Sequence record: PV764602.1
Length of the DNA: 64,000 nucleotides
Direction: 5' to 3' (one strand)
Shown piece by piece: positions 55,313 through 64,000 of this stretch. A program made the position numbers and the translations under genes. The notes under the pieces are model-generated. The model was not told the origin of the DNA, did no database searches, and saw nothing but the letters and a program-made list of their open reading frames with translations. The first letter of the stretch is position 1. Each line of letters begins with the position of its first letter.

Positions 55313-56192
55313 AATCTTCCTGAGTGTTGAGGGTGAAGGCCCTTTGCTTGGATGCCCCATGTTGTTCATCCGAACTTGGAGTTGTAATCTGACGTGTCCG
55401 GGATTCGGTGGACATACAGGTAAGCAGCAGTATGAAAGCGTTGCTTCACTGAATGACGTGGTGCCTGCCGCTACCGGGTGTGATAGTGCGTATGCATGGC
55501 ATCCTTCCTTCAAGAATCTTCGGCAGCCCATCACTGTCGAGGACATGGTGCAGCAGATCATCGCTGCACTGCCGGGAGGCAAGTTCTTCTACCCAAGTGG
55601 CACTCCGATCGTTCTGTGCTGGACTGGTGGCGAGCCCCTCATGTGGCAGCCCTTCATTCAAGCAGTGATGACGCATCCAGATATGCCGCCTGTGGATAGG
55701 GTGCTGTTTGAAACCAACGGTACACTGCTGTGGTCGATGGATCACAACAACTGGTCGGGCTATCCCACTGTCCAACTCAGCATCAGCCCCAAGTTGACCA
55801 ATAGCGGAGAGACGTGGGAACGTCGGTACAAGTACAAGGCGTTGATGAGTTACGTTGAGCACATTCCGCCTAACGATATTTACCTCAAGTTCGTCAGCAA
55901 TGGCAGCGAGGAATCCTTCGAGGAAATCAATCGTTGGCTGGATCAGGTCAAGACTGACGTGCATGCGCAGATGGACATTGCGGGCATTGGCGAAGAACAC
56001 GAAATGTATGATGACTTCCACACGCACATGCACGACCGCAGGATACTGCCCGTGTACGTGATGCCGGAAGGGGTCTACAAGGAACAATGCAGGGAGGTGC
56101 AAGGCAAGGTTGTGCAAATGTGCATGCAGCACGGGTACAACTTCACCCCACGCGCTCATCTTGAACTATTTTCAGAGCTAATTGGGACTTAG
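55293..56192 (+). CDS. queE: 7-carboxy-7-deazaguanine synthase (radical SAM)
   Basis: EIFLSVEGEG, FIRTWSCNLTC...GCDS, TGGEP, FETNGT, ISPKL, PRAH. Confidence 0.85.
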   Translation: MKAQLSEIFLSVEGEGPLLGCPMLFIRTWSCNLTCPGFGGHTGKQQYESVASLNDVVPAATGCDSAYAWHPSFKNLRQPITVEDMVQQIIAALPGGKFFYPSGTPIVLCWTGGEPLMWQPFIQAVMTHPDMPPVDRVLFETNGTLLWSMDHNNWSGYPTVQLSISPKLTNSGETWERRYKYKALMSYVEHIPPNDIYLKFVSNGSEESFEEINRWLDQVKTDVHAQMDIAGIGEEHEMYDDFHTHMHDRRILPVYVMPEGVYKEQCREVQGKVVQMCMQHGYNFTPRAHLELFSELIGT

Positions 56193-56193
56193 T

Positions 56194-56682
56194 ATGAAGC
56201 TGTCAATGATCGCCGCCGTGTCAAAGAACGATTGGGTTATCGGGCAGGATGGTCAGTTACCTTGGCACATCCCCTCGGACCTTGAGTTCTTCAAGGAGTA
56301 CACGCAAGGTAAGGCCGTAATCATGGGTAGGCGCACGGCTCAAAGCCTGCGCCGTGCATTGCCCAAGCGAACCAACGTCGTTATCTCTTCGGGATACGAA
56401 CGCGAAGGATTCACTACGGTCCGTAATTTCCTTGCAGCCTTAGATGCCGTCCCTGCTGGTCAAGACGCAGTGATTATCGGTGGCCATCACGTATACGCCA
56501 CCGCGATGCCTGTAGTGTCAGAAGTGTGCATCAGTTGGGTCCACCACGTTCGTCCGTCCGCACCGGATGCTTTCTTCCCTGACACCTTCCGTGATTTCAA
56601 GTGGAAGGCTATCTCTGAGGAACTCGTCCGAGACACGCGTGACGAATTCCCATATACTCGGACGATCTACCGCAAGGTGTGA
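56194..56682 (+). CDS. folA: dihydrofolate reductase
   Basis: IAAVSKN.VIG..G.LPWHIPSDL.FFK, IMGRRT, LPKRTNVV, IGG, DAFFP. Confidence 0.95.
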   Translation: MKLSMIAAVSKNDWVIGQDGQLPWHIPSDLEFFKEYTQGKAVIMGRRTAQSLRRALPKRTNVVISSGYEREGFTTVRNFLAALDAVPAGQDAVIIGGHHVYATAMPVVSEVCISWVHHVRPSAPDAFFPDTFRDFKWKAISEELVRDTRDEFPYTRTIYRKV

Positions 56683-56729
56683 CGTTCCCTGTCCTGTAAA
56701 TATAGATACATGCAACAACTGGAGAAGTC

Positions 56730-57797
56730 ATGCAGGCTACCGTCGGTGTAAAAGAACTCACCAAAGCAATCTCGCAAGTAAAGAACCTGACTGGCGCGGA
56801 ACACATCAGCATGATCGCGGACCCCGCTGGTCTGCATGTGTGCGCGGCTGGTAATGGTGTCAACGTGTCACTGACGCTTGAAGCCGAAGTGCGTAACAAT
56901 GGCAAGGTCACTCTGGATCACCTGCTGCTGTCGGGTGTCATCAAGGGACGCAAGAAGGTCGAAATGACCTTGAAGTCCAGCGACCTGAGCTTCAAGGAAG
57001 TGGATGGTCGGAAGTACAGCGGCAACATCGTTGTGCTGCCGTTTGAAGACGTGATGGTCAACGACGCGTCGAGCAAGCCGATCAAGATCAGTTCGGACGC
57101 ACAGGCTACCCTGAATCAGGCGGTGGAACTGGTCGGCCTGACCAACATCTACACTGATGATCCGATGTATGTGTGGGTCATCAGCACGAAGAAGGCGACT
57201 ACGGTTACTTGCTTCGATGACTTCCACATGGCGCACTACCACAACCCGAGTATGTCGCTGGGTCAAGTGGAGTTCCAGCTGTCTCTCGCCACGTTCAAGA
57301 CGCTCAACACCCTGAGCAACGGCAAGAGCTACAAGCTGGAATTGAACGATGGTACGCTGACGGCATACAACGATGCGTTCAAGGCCAACATGCCGCTGAC
57401 GCAGAGTGAATCGTCGCTGACCCCGGATCAGGTGAAGCAGCTGCTGTCGAATCTCAAGACCGATGGTTACTTCGAGGTTGAGCGCGATACCTTCCAGACC
57501 ATTCTGGAGAACGCCGCTAGTGCGTATGAAGGCAACAATACCCCGCTGACCATTTCGTCCAACGCCAAGAAGAAGCTGGAACTGGCGATCAAGGGCAACT
57601 ACGTCAACATGCGGGAAGTGCTGCCGAACAAGCACAAGATCAAGAAGCCGCTACAGCTGGACCCGTCCCTGATGCTGGACATTATGGAGCATGTGGAAGC
57701 CAAGGAAGTGAAGGTGGAAATCGTCACCGACAAGTCGCTGTTCATTCGTCAAGAGCTTGGTGCTGCTACCGTCGTGTACGCGGGCTCCCTTATCTAA
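56730..57797 (+). CDS. DNA polymerase sliding clamp (beta-like)
   Basis: 355 aa, close to beta-clamp length; three-domain alternating pattern; located in the replication cluster. Confidence 0.6.
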   Translation: MQATVGVKELTKAISQVKNLTGAEHISMIADPAGLHVCAAGNGVNVSLTLEAEVRNNGKVTLDHLLLSGVIKGRKKVEMTLKSSDLSFKEVDGRKYSGNIVVLPFEDVMVNDASSKPIKISSDAQATLNQAVELVGLTNIYTDDPMYVWVISTKKATTVTCFDDFHMAHYHNPSMSLGQVEFQLSLATFKTLNTLSNGKSYKLELNDGTLTAYNDAFKANMPLTQSESSLTPDQVKQLLSNLKTDGYFEVERDTFQTILENAASAYEGNNTPLTISSNAKKKLELAIKGNYVNMREVLPNKHKIKKPLQLDPSLMLDIMEHVEAKEVKVEIVTDKSLFIRQELGAATVVYAGSLI

Positions 57798-57798
57798 G

Positions 57799-58200
57799 AT
57801 GATAGACCTGTCAGTTGCTACATTCCAAACTGACTGCTTCTATAGGATCGGTGCTTACTACGTCCTCCTTAACGTACCCTGCGCGCTACCTGTCCACGTC
57901 CAACCCAGCCCGCATTTGCAGCTGGGTTGGGTTCGTGTGAATACGCTGCACCTCGGTGAAGGCGGGATGCAGGTAGGGTATGCCATCGAGGCTACGGGTA
58001 AGGTAAAGCGAGACACCTATTTCCTTTTGGCGGCTAGAAAGTCAGTAGCTAAGGTTCCGATCAAGGAACTAGAGAAGCAGAAAGGATACCCGGAGCTACG
58101 TTACAAGCTACCCGGCATCAAGATTCTGACCACACCCCATACAGTGCTTTTCCTGAGCACAAAACCTTTAGACATTACGGAACATTTGGACAACCCATGA
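57799..58200 (+). CDS. hypothetical protein
   Basis: ATG at 57799; overlaps the folE start. Confidence 0.6.
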   Translation: MIDLSVATFQTDCFYRIGAYYVLLNVPCALPVHVQPSPHLQLGWVRVNTLHLGEGGMQVGYAIEATGKVKRDTYFLLAARKSVAKVPIKELEKQKGYPELRYKLPGIKILTTPHTVLFLSTKPLDITEHLDNP

Positions 58201-58877
58201 GCAAGACTCTTGCTGGAATTCCAGCTACGAAGGAACAGTTGAAGGATGCGTACACGGTGATCGTCAATCACCTGCGCAGTAACACCAAGAATCCGGAACT
58301 GCTGGCGAATTTTGTTGGCACCGAAGATCGCGCTGTACGCGCTCTGATTGAAACCTGTCTGAGCGATGATGAAATCTCCAAGCTGCTCGCTCCGATCGTG
58401 GCTGTGGAATTCCCGGTCAGCCGTCATAAGCCCAAGGCACGTGGTCAGCGTGTCCCCGCCGGTTCCGTTACTCAGGGCCCGATCACTGTCAACTCCTGCT
58501 GCCCGCACCACCTGATGCCGGTTCGATACCATGCACACGTGGCGTACATTCCGGGTGACAATGGCGGCGTGCTTGGGCTGTCCAAGCTTGCTCGCATCTG
58601 CAAGCTGCTGGGTCGCCGCCCCGTCCTGCAAGAACAGCTTGCCGAAGACATTGCGGATGTGCTGTATCTGACTAACGGCGAAGGCGCATTCCCCTCCCTC
58701 GCAAGTGCTGGCGCGGCTGTGTCACTGGTCGGTATGCACACCTGCATGGCCTGCCGTGGCGTTGAAGAGAACGCGCTCACCTCGGTCACTGCTCTGCGCG
58801 GCGACTATTGGGAGCCTGAAATGGAACAGAAGTTCCAGAACTCGGTGCAAGGTATCAAGACCACCAATCTGCGGTGA
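58197..58877 (+). CDS. folE: GTP cyclohydrolase I
   Basis: CPHHL, GLSKLAR, LQEQL, HTCMACRGV. Confidence 0.92.
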   Translation: MSKTLAGIPATKEQLKDAYTVIVNHLRSNTKNPELLANFVGTEDRAVRALIETCLSDDEISKLLAPIVAVEFPVSRHKPKARGQRVPAGSVTQGPITVNSCCPHHLMPVRYHAHVAYIPGDNGGVLGLSKLARICKLLGRRPVLQEQLAEDIADVLYLTNGEGAFPSLASAGAAVSLVGMHTCMACRGVEENALTSVTALRGDYWEPEMEQKFQNSVQGIKTTNLR

Positions 58878-58882
58878 CCAAC

Positions 58883-59431
58883 ATGGCCGGTAAGCGCAAG
58901 AGCACGAAAGGCATCAAGTTCAAGCCGCAGCCCGTGGCGAAAGCCCCTGCTGGGTTGGAGGACGATGCAACGTATCAGAAGTACACCCGAGTCGTTAAGA
59001 ATTGCACCCTTGACATTCCGGCCCTGTACGCCGAGTTGACCACCATCCACTCCTCGCGTCCCATGCGTACTGCTACTACGCCGGGACCGAAGAAGGCTGC
59101 CAAGTTCTCCATGCAAGAGACGGCCCATCGTAGCCGTCTCGTTGAAATGCGTCAGCTGGCTGCATACGAATTCGCGGTCCTTGATATGGGCCACGGTGCG
59201 ATTCAGGATCACATTACCCACAAGCACCCCGACCTGATCGGCGGTCGTACCGTGGATGATCGGAATCGAGCTATGCGCCGTCTGCTACATAAGGGCGAGC
59301 GCAGGTTGAAGGAATTGGAAGCAGTCATCGAAGCTATTGATTTTGTGATCGAAGACATTGATAAGGCCGGCTTCTCCCTGCATCGGACCATCGAGGCTTT
59401 GGCCATCACGAATCGAGGAGAGTACACCTAA
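58883..59431 (+). CDS. hypothetical helical protein (possibly UvsY-like)
   Basis: Coiled-coil C-terminus; lies upstream of the UvsW-like helicase. Confidence 0.55.
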   Translation: MAGKRKSTKGIKFKPQPVAKAPAGLEDDATYQKYTRVVKNCTLDIPALYAELTTIHSSRPMRTATTPGPKKAAKFSMQETAHRSRLVEMRQLAAYEFAVLDMGHGAIQDHITHKHPDLIGGRTVDDRNRAMRRLLHKGERRLKELEAVIEAIDFVIEDIDKAGFSLHRTIEALAITNRGEYT

Positions 59432-61044
59432 TGGGTAAGAAGATTCCCTCGGTAACCGTAGTGGCGCTCGACCGCTTCTATGTGCCGGAGAATCGGGTTG
59501 ATCCTGAGAAGCTAGAGAGGCTGTACCACAAGACGGTGTTCAATGACAACGGGTGTCGCAAGTGTGAGTTCCGGGAGGAACGCCTCACTGACGAATGCCT
59601 TGATTGTGAGAACCTCGTTGGCGACTTCACTTTCTGGAATACCAAAGAAATTGATGGGAAGCCGCACATCGGACTTCCTGTTGGGCACCACAAGGCCCTT
59701 AGTGAGTTGATGGATGGGTACCGTCTCATCCTAGACGAACGACGTGCCAAGGGGCGCAAGCTACATCCCGATCTTAGCTTCGACTACAAGCTGCTGCACA
59801 AGTTCCAGAAGGGTGCTATCAAAGACCTGAAAAGCACAGGGCACGGTCAGCTGGAGAGTCCGCCGCGTTCGGGCAAGACGGTCATGGGCACTGCGCTGAT
59901 TTTCAAGAAGGGCCGAAAGGCCCTAATCCTCGTTCACCAAGAGGATTTGGCCGAGCAGTTCATTGAAACGTTCCGCAGCAAGAAGCCGAAGTTCACCAAC
60001 ATCGCTGACATTGAGAAGATGGAGAAGCGGGAACTGGTGGGCATCGCACGCAAGTACGAGCAGTTCAAAAAGTATGACATTGCGGTAGCTACCTATCAGA
60101 CGTTCCTGTCGCCGGGTGGTCGCAAGTTGCTGCGCAAGATTCGCCGCCTGTTTGGCATTGTCATGGTGGATGAGGTGCACCGTGCAGGTGCATCAGGTTA
60201 CGCCAAGGTCATCAACTCGTTTGAGTCTCGCAGCCGCTATGGACTGTCGGGTACGATTGAGCGAAAGGATGGCCGTCACGTGCTGCCTCGTTATATCATC
60301 GGTCCTGTCGCGCACAAGACTGAGGTGGAGACGATGGCACCGAAGATCGACGTGATGGACTCGGGCTTCTCAAGCAACAAGAACTACAATCTCTGGACCT
60401 ACGCCATGAAGGCGTTGGAAAAGGATGCGAAGCGGCAAGCCTTGATTGTGAACGAGGCGATTGCGATGATGAAATCCGATGGTGGGCGTAGCATCCTGAT
60501 CCCGGTCACGTTTGTCAATCAAGCAATCCAGATTCGTGATGCGATCAATCGTAAGATGGGTAAGAAGGTCGCAATCGAATTCACGGGGCGACAGGGCAAG
60601 AAGCAGCGTCGTCAGATCATTCTGGACGCCCGGGAGGGTAAGTACAAGTGCGTCATTGCGATGCGACAGCTGCTTACGGGTGTGAACGTTCCCATCTGGA
60701 GTGGCCTGCTAGAGTGCATGCCTATGAACAATCCTCCGAACTTCGTGCAGGAGTTCAATCGAGTTTGTACGCCGCACCCAAGCAAGCCTGCCCCGGTTGT
60801 CAAATTCCTCATTGACGACTTCTCGCCGTCTCGGAATTGCGTCATCAACATGTTTGACGTTCTTGTAAACTACAGTCAGCAACGGAAGGCTAAGAAACAA
60901 AAGCCGCTTGACTTCACGCCGCAGGGCCTTGACGTGATCGCACGTCATCGGGCACTGAAAGGCAACAGGTATCAAGCCAAGTTGAAGAGAGCGGGTCAGT
61001 GGGATCAGGTAGACAACCCACGCCCGTACCGTACCGATTACTAG
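59431..61044 (+). CDS. SF2 DNA helicase, UvsW-like
   Basis: PPRSGKT, VDEVH, GLSGTIERKDG, GVNVP; N-terminal CxxC pair. Confidence 0.85.
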   Translation: MGKKIPSVTVVALDRFYVPENRVDPEKLERLYHKTVFNDNGCRKCEFREERLTDECLDCENLVGDFTFWNTKEIDGKPHIGLPVGHHKALSELMDGYRLILDERRAKGRKLHPDLSFDYKLLHKFQKGAIKDLKSTGHGQLESPPRSGKTVMGTALIFKKGRKALILVHQEDLAEQFIETFRSKKPKFTNIADIEKMEKRELVGIARKYEQFKKYDIAVATYQTFLSPGGRKLLRKIRRLFGIVMVDEVHRAGASGYAKVINSFESRSRYGLSGTIERKDGRHVLPRYIIGPVAHKTEVETMAPKIDVMDSGFSSNKNYNLWTYAMKALEKDAKRQALIVNEAIAMMKSDGGRSILIPVTFVNQAIQIRDAINRKMGKKVAIEFTGRQGKKQRRQIILDAREGKYKCVIAMRQLLTGVNVPIWSGLLECMPMNNPPNFVQEFNRVCTPHPSKPAPVVKFLIDDFSPSRNCVINMFDVLVNYSQQRKAKKQKPLDFTPQGLDVIARHRALKGNRYQAKLKRAGQWDQVDNPRPYRTDY

Positions 61045-61051
61045 GTGACAA

Positions 61052-61657
61052 GTGAAGCTAACCCTAAAGAAAAGTGAGCTTCGGAATCTGCGGCTGGAGC
61101 GAGTGCCCCTGCCGCAGTTCTCCACCCTCGACGTAGACGCGGAACGCATCGTCTCCAAGTCAGGAAATGGCAAGGTTCGTACCATCAAGCCAAAGGCACA
61201 GTTGGACGCGCTCGCCAAATTCGCTCCGCAACTAATTTCAAACTATACGTTCTGCATCAGCGGCACTGGCACCGACAGCACTGCCAAGTTCGTTGCTGCA
61301 TGGATGTACGCCCAGCTTCTGACCGCCTACAAAGAGCTTGCATCCAAAGAGGCGTTCGCCTTTGGCAAGCCGGTGTGGCACACCCTGACAGGCAGCTTTA
61401 AGGATGAGTACCGTGATGAACGCAGGCATGGCAAATCCAAGCCAAGTGCTTTCATCCTGACCAACGTTCCATCCGATAGTAGCCAGATCAAGATCGAGAA
61501 GCTGCGAGACATTCTGGAACTGTATAACGACGTGCCTCGCATTGTCGTTACAACGGGTATGGACCCCGTTGAATTCTTCACCAACAAATTGCACTTCCCC
61601 TTGAATGGCGGCATCATGGTTGCCAACAAGAGCCGGCGTGTTACTGAGTCCATCTAA
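61052..61657 (+). CDS. degenerate AAA+ helicase-loader-like protein
   Basis: Degenerate Walker A (ISGTGTDSTAK); PRIVVTT; directly upstream of DnaB. Confidence 0.5.
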   Translation: MKLTLKKSELRNLRLERVPLPQFSTLDVDAERIVSKSGNGKVRTIKPKAQLDALAKFAPQLISNYTFCISGTGTDSTAKFVAAWMYAQLLTAYKELASKEAFAFGKPVWHTLTGSFKDEYRDERRHGKSKPSAFILTNVPSDSSQIKIEKLRDILELYNDVPRIVVTTGMDPVEFFTNKLHFPLNGGIMVANKSRRVTESI

Positions 61658-61706
61658 GTAGTAACTACGTCTATGCGCACCAAACGAGGATAAGACAATT
61701 AGACTT

Positions 61707-63083
61707 TTGACGTTGATCGGAGAGAAGCAGGCACTGAAAGGCATCTGCTCGGATAATGAGAAGGTGTCGAGTCAGCTGCTCGGTACACTACGCGAAGAAC
61801 ACTTCCACAGCGGGCCATGTAAGGAAGCGTTTAAGCGAGTGCTGAACGTTGTACGCAAGAAGGGTGAAGTGCCTGAGTTCGGTGAACTGTGCACTGACCC
61901 AGCCCTGTCGGAGAACACACGCAAGATTCTGACGAAGGAACTGAACAACAAGAAGAGCAAGATACCGAAGGACAAAGCTGCTGCACGCAACTTGATCGCT
62001 ACGCTGGATCAGTATCGCAAGATGCGCGGCCTGTACTTCAACGCCAAGGAAGTGCTGGAGAAGCTGGACGGTGACAAGGTTGACATTGACGAAATGATCG
62101 ACTCGTCTGCCGACGTTATCACCGGGCTGCGTAGTAGCGCAGGTGCCACGGCCAAGGTGTATCACCTTGGTGTCGGTAACAACATGGATCGCCTCATCAA
62201 GAACATCCTGTACGGTGAGAAGGCGTCCATCATTCCGACTGGCTACCGTGCATGGGATGACGTAAACGGTGGCATCCTGCGTGGCTCGTTCTTTGTTATG
62301 TCGGCAACTACGGGTGGTGGTAAATCGACCGTAGCCAATCAGACCTTGATGAATATGGCCGAACGCGGTCATCGTGTCTGCCTCGTCGCGCTGGAAATGA
62401 CCAGCGAGCAAACGATGATGCGAACGATTGCGGCAGAGACCGGTATCGAAGTCAACAAGATCGCCCAGCAGAAGCTATCGAAGGGCGAGAAGAAGAAGAT
62501 CGAAAAGGCGTACAAGAAGAAGCGCGGTCACTTCAAGGAAATCAATGCTCGGTACAGTATCTTCTCTCCCGAAGAGGATATGTCACTGGAAGAGATTCTG
62601 TTCACGCTCAAGCCGCACAAGTTCGACGTTATCTGTATCGACTATATCTCCCTGTTGAAGGGCGTGGATGCAGATGAGAACTCGGTCAAGCAGCTGGGTG
62701 CTATCTCGCGTGCGGGCAAGATTTGGGCGAACAACACTGAGACTGTGCTCATCATGCTGGCGCAGCTTTCGGAAGAAGGCAAGATCAAGTACGCACGATC
62801 CATCGCAGAAAACGCTGACGTTGCATGGCTGTGGGTGTACACCGATGAGTCGCGTGAGACAGGCATCATCGACATCCGAACTACCAAATCTCGAAACCTT
62901 ACCCCAATCAACTTCCAGCTGCTCACCGACTACAGCATCATGAAGGTTACAGACCTTGAGGATGCAGATGGTAATCGGGATGAGCGTGCGCCTGAGCCTA
63001 CCAAGAAGGGCGACAAGCGACGTGCAGAACTGGATCGTCTGACGGAAGAGATTAACCTTCCCGACGATGGAGACGACGACTAA
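61707..63083 (+). CDS. dnaB: replicative helicase
   Basis: IPTGY..WD...GG, ATTGGGKS, LEM, IDYI, LAQL, ENAD, KSRN. Confidence 0.9.
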   Translation: MTLIGEKQALKGICSDNEKVSSQLLGTLREEHFHSGPCKEAFKRVLNVVRKKGEVPEFGELCTDPALSENTRKILTKELNNKKSKIPKDKAAARNLIATLDQYRKMRGLYFNAKEVLEKLDGDKVDIDEMIDSSADVITGLRSSAGATAKVYHLGVGNNMDRLIKNILYGEKASIIPTGYRAWDDVNGGILRGSFFVMSATTGGGKSTVANQTLMNMAERGHRVCLVALEMTSEQTMMRTIAAETGIEVNKIAQQKLSKGEKKKIEKAYKKKRGHFKEINARYSIFSPEEDMSLEEILFTLKPHKFDVICIDYISLLKGVDADENSVKQLGAISRAGKIWANNTETVLIMLAQLSEEGKIKYARSIAENADVAWLWVYTDESRETGIIDIRTTKSRNLTPINFQLLTDYSIMKVTDLEDADGNRDERAPEPTKKGDKRRAELDRLTEEINLPDDGDDD

Positions 63084-63094
63084 CCGGAGCCAAC

Positions 63095-63361
63095 ATGAAA
63101 GTACGAGCCGAAGTAATTACCCGTGAGAACGTTGATGTTGAAATCAACGTCAACGACGTGTTCACCAACATCCTGTCCAAGCTGCGTACCGAGAGTAACG
63201 TTCCCTCTGACGCCTATATCAACAACAATGGGGAGTGGGAATCTTGGGATGACCTTGGGGGCCGTGGCAGTGGTCTTACCACCGTACACCGTCCGGCGAC
63301 CGCTACTGAGCGCTCCCTGTACGAATCCATTGCACAGGTTCGGTCCTACACTAACGCATGA
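63095..63361 (+). CDS. hypothetical protein
   Basis: 88 aa; GGAG RBS. Confidence 0.7.
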   Translation: MKVRAEVITRENVDVEINVNDVFTNILSKLRTESNVPSDAYINNNGEWESWDDLGGRGSGLTTVHRPATATERSLYESIAQVRSYTNA

Positions 63362-64000
63362 GTACCGAAGCGGGCGGCGAGGTTACACCGTTTCAGCCTC
63401 GTGACCATTCGCCCCTCCTAGCGGAACTAGGAAGTCTGGACGCAGCCGCTCTCATGGAGCGGTTGGGTTCGGGAAGCATGGTGCGGGCAGATGAGGATGA
63501 ATACAAGACGCAGAGCAAGCCAGTTCGGTCTCCCAACGTCTACTGGCAGGCTCCAACCGATTGTTGGATTTTCCTTTCCGGAAAAGCCGCCGATCAATTT
63601 GATGTAACAGGGCAGCGCGTCTGGAAGACTGAGGAAGAACGCCAGCAGGCCCTCATGCGCGAGCTAGTCATTGACGAACTGGATGTCTCTGACGAAGACA
63701 AGGAATCATTTACCAAGACGTTGGAGCAAAGCTCCAACGCGTTCTACAGGGAGCTACTGCGACTGTGTGCGGTCCAACTCGGATACAACTCCGCGACGGA
63801 CAAGATCATGCAGACGATGCAACTGCTCCTTGACGATCCGCATTTCACATTGAAGGACGTACAGATCAAGTCTACCCTACGCGACCTCGTAGACCTCAAG
63901 TTCACGGAAGCTATAGCCAAGCAGCTTAGGCTAGGCGACGTTAACGGGGTTTTGAACGCACGCATGGCAGCCTTGGCTCAATTCATTCCAAGAAATCCTG
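63358..64000 (+). CDS. 3'-truncated hypothetical protein (absent from ORF track)
   Basis: ATGA overlap with the previous stop; MSTEAGGEVTPF... stays open to the window end. Confidence 0.75.
   Translation, partial: MSTEAGGEVTPFQPRDHSPLLAELGSLDAAALMERLGSGSMVRADEDEYKTQSKPVRSPNVYWQAPTDCWIFLSGKAADQFDVTGQRVWKTEEERQQALMRELVIDELDVSDEDKESFTKTLEQSSNAFYRELLRLCAVQLGYNSATDKIMQTMQLLLDDPHFTLKDVQIKSTLRDLVDLKFTEAIAKQLRLGDVNGVLNARMAALAQFIPRNP

Noticed and set aside
1-64000. tRNA genes and CRISPR arrays
   Set aside because: No spacer is long enough or shows cloverleaf signatures or regular repeat-spacer periodicity.

Overview
A 64-kb segment of a large (probably jumbo) contractile-tailed dsDNA phage of a Gram-negative host. 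Spanins and lipoproteins indicate the Gram-negative host; CsrA/Rsm-type RNA motifs hint at a gammaproteobacterium (inference). Almost everything is on the + strand. Layout: baseplate and tail fibres (1-11.4 kb); lysis cassette, tailspike and split BTLCP protease (11.4-16.9 kb); one short minus-strand island ending in a Zn-ribbon/RuvC fusion (17.0-19.5 kb); virion and internal-head genes including SprT, topoisomerase IB and a DUF3175 protein (19.6-35 kb); long tail fibres (35.3-43.7 kb); Acb1-like anti-CBASS, HNH and a giant SNF2 helicase (43.7-51.6 kb); replication and 7-deazaguanine genes (PolA, QueE, DHFR, clamp, FolE, UvsW-like, DnaB; 51.7-64 kb). No tRNA, CRISPR array, integrase, reverse transcriptase or transposase was recognised. 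Best leads: (1) a family of ANGGAY-loop hairpins in late intergenic spacers, often paired with a second site over the upstream stop codon, matching the CsrA/RsmA binding consensus, plus a candidate GGA-rich sRNA; (2) a tail-tip adhesin with a poly-Gly-linked Hint domain followed by a catalytically dead Hint paralogue; (3) a BTLCP split into a lipoprotein and a signal-less catalytic gene; (4) a SprT plus TopIB gene pair; (5) modular His-rich internal proteins separated by E-x-A motifs. All calls come from motif reading by eye; no database searches were run.
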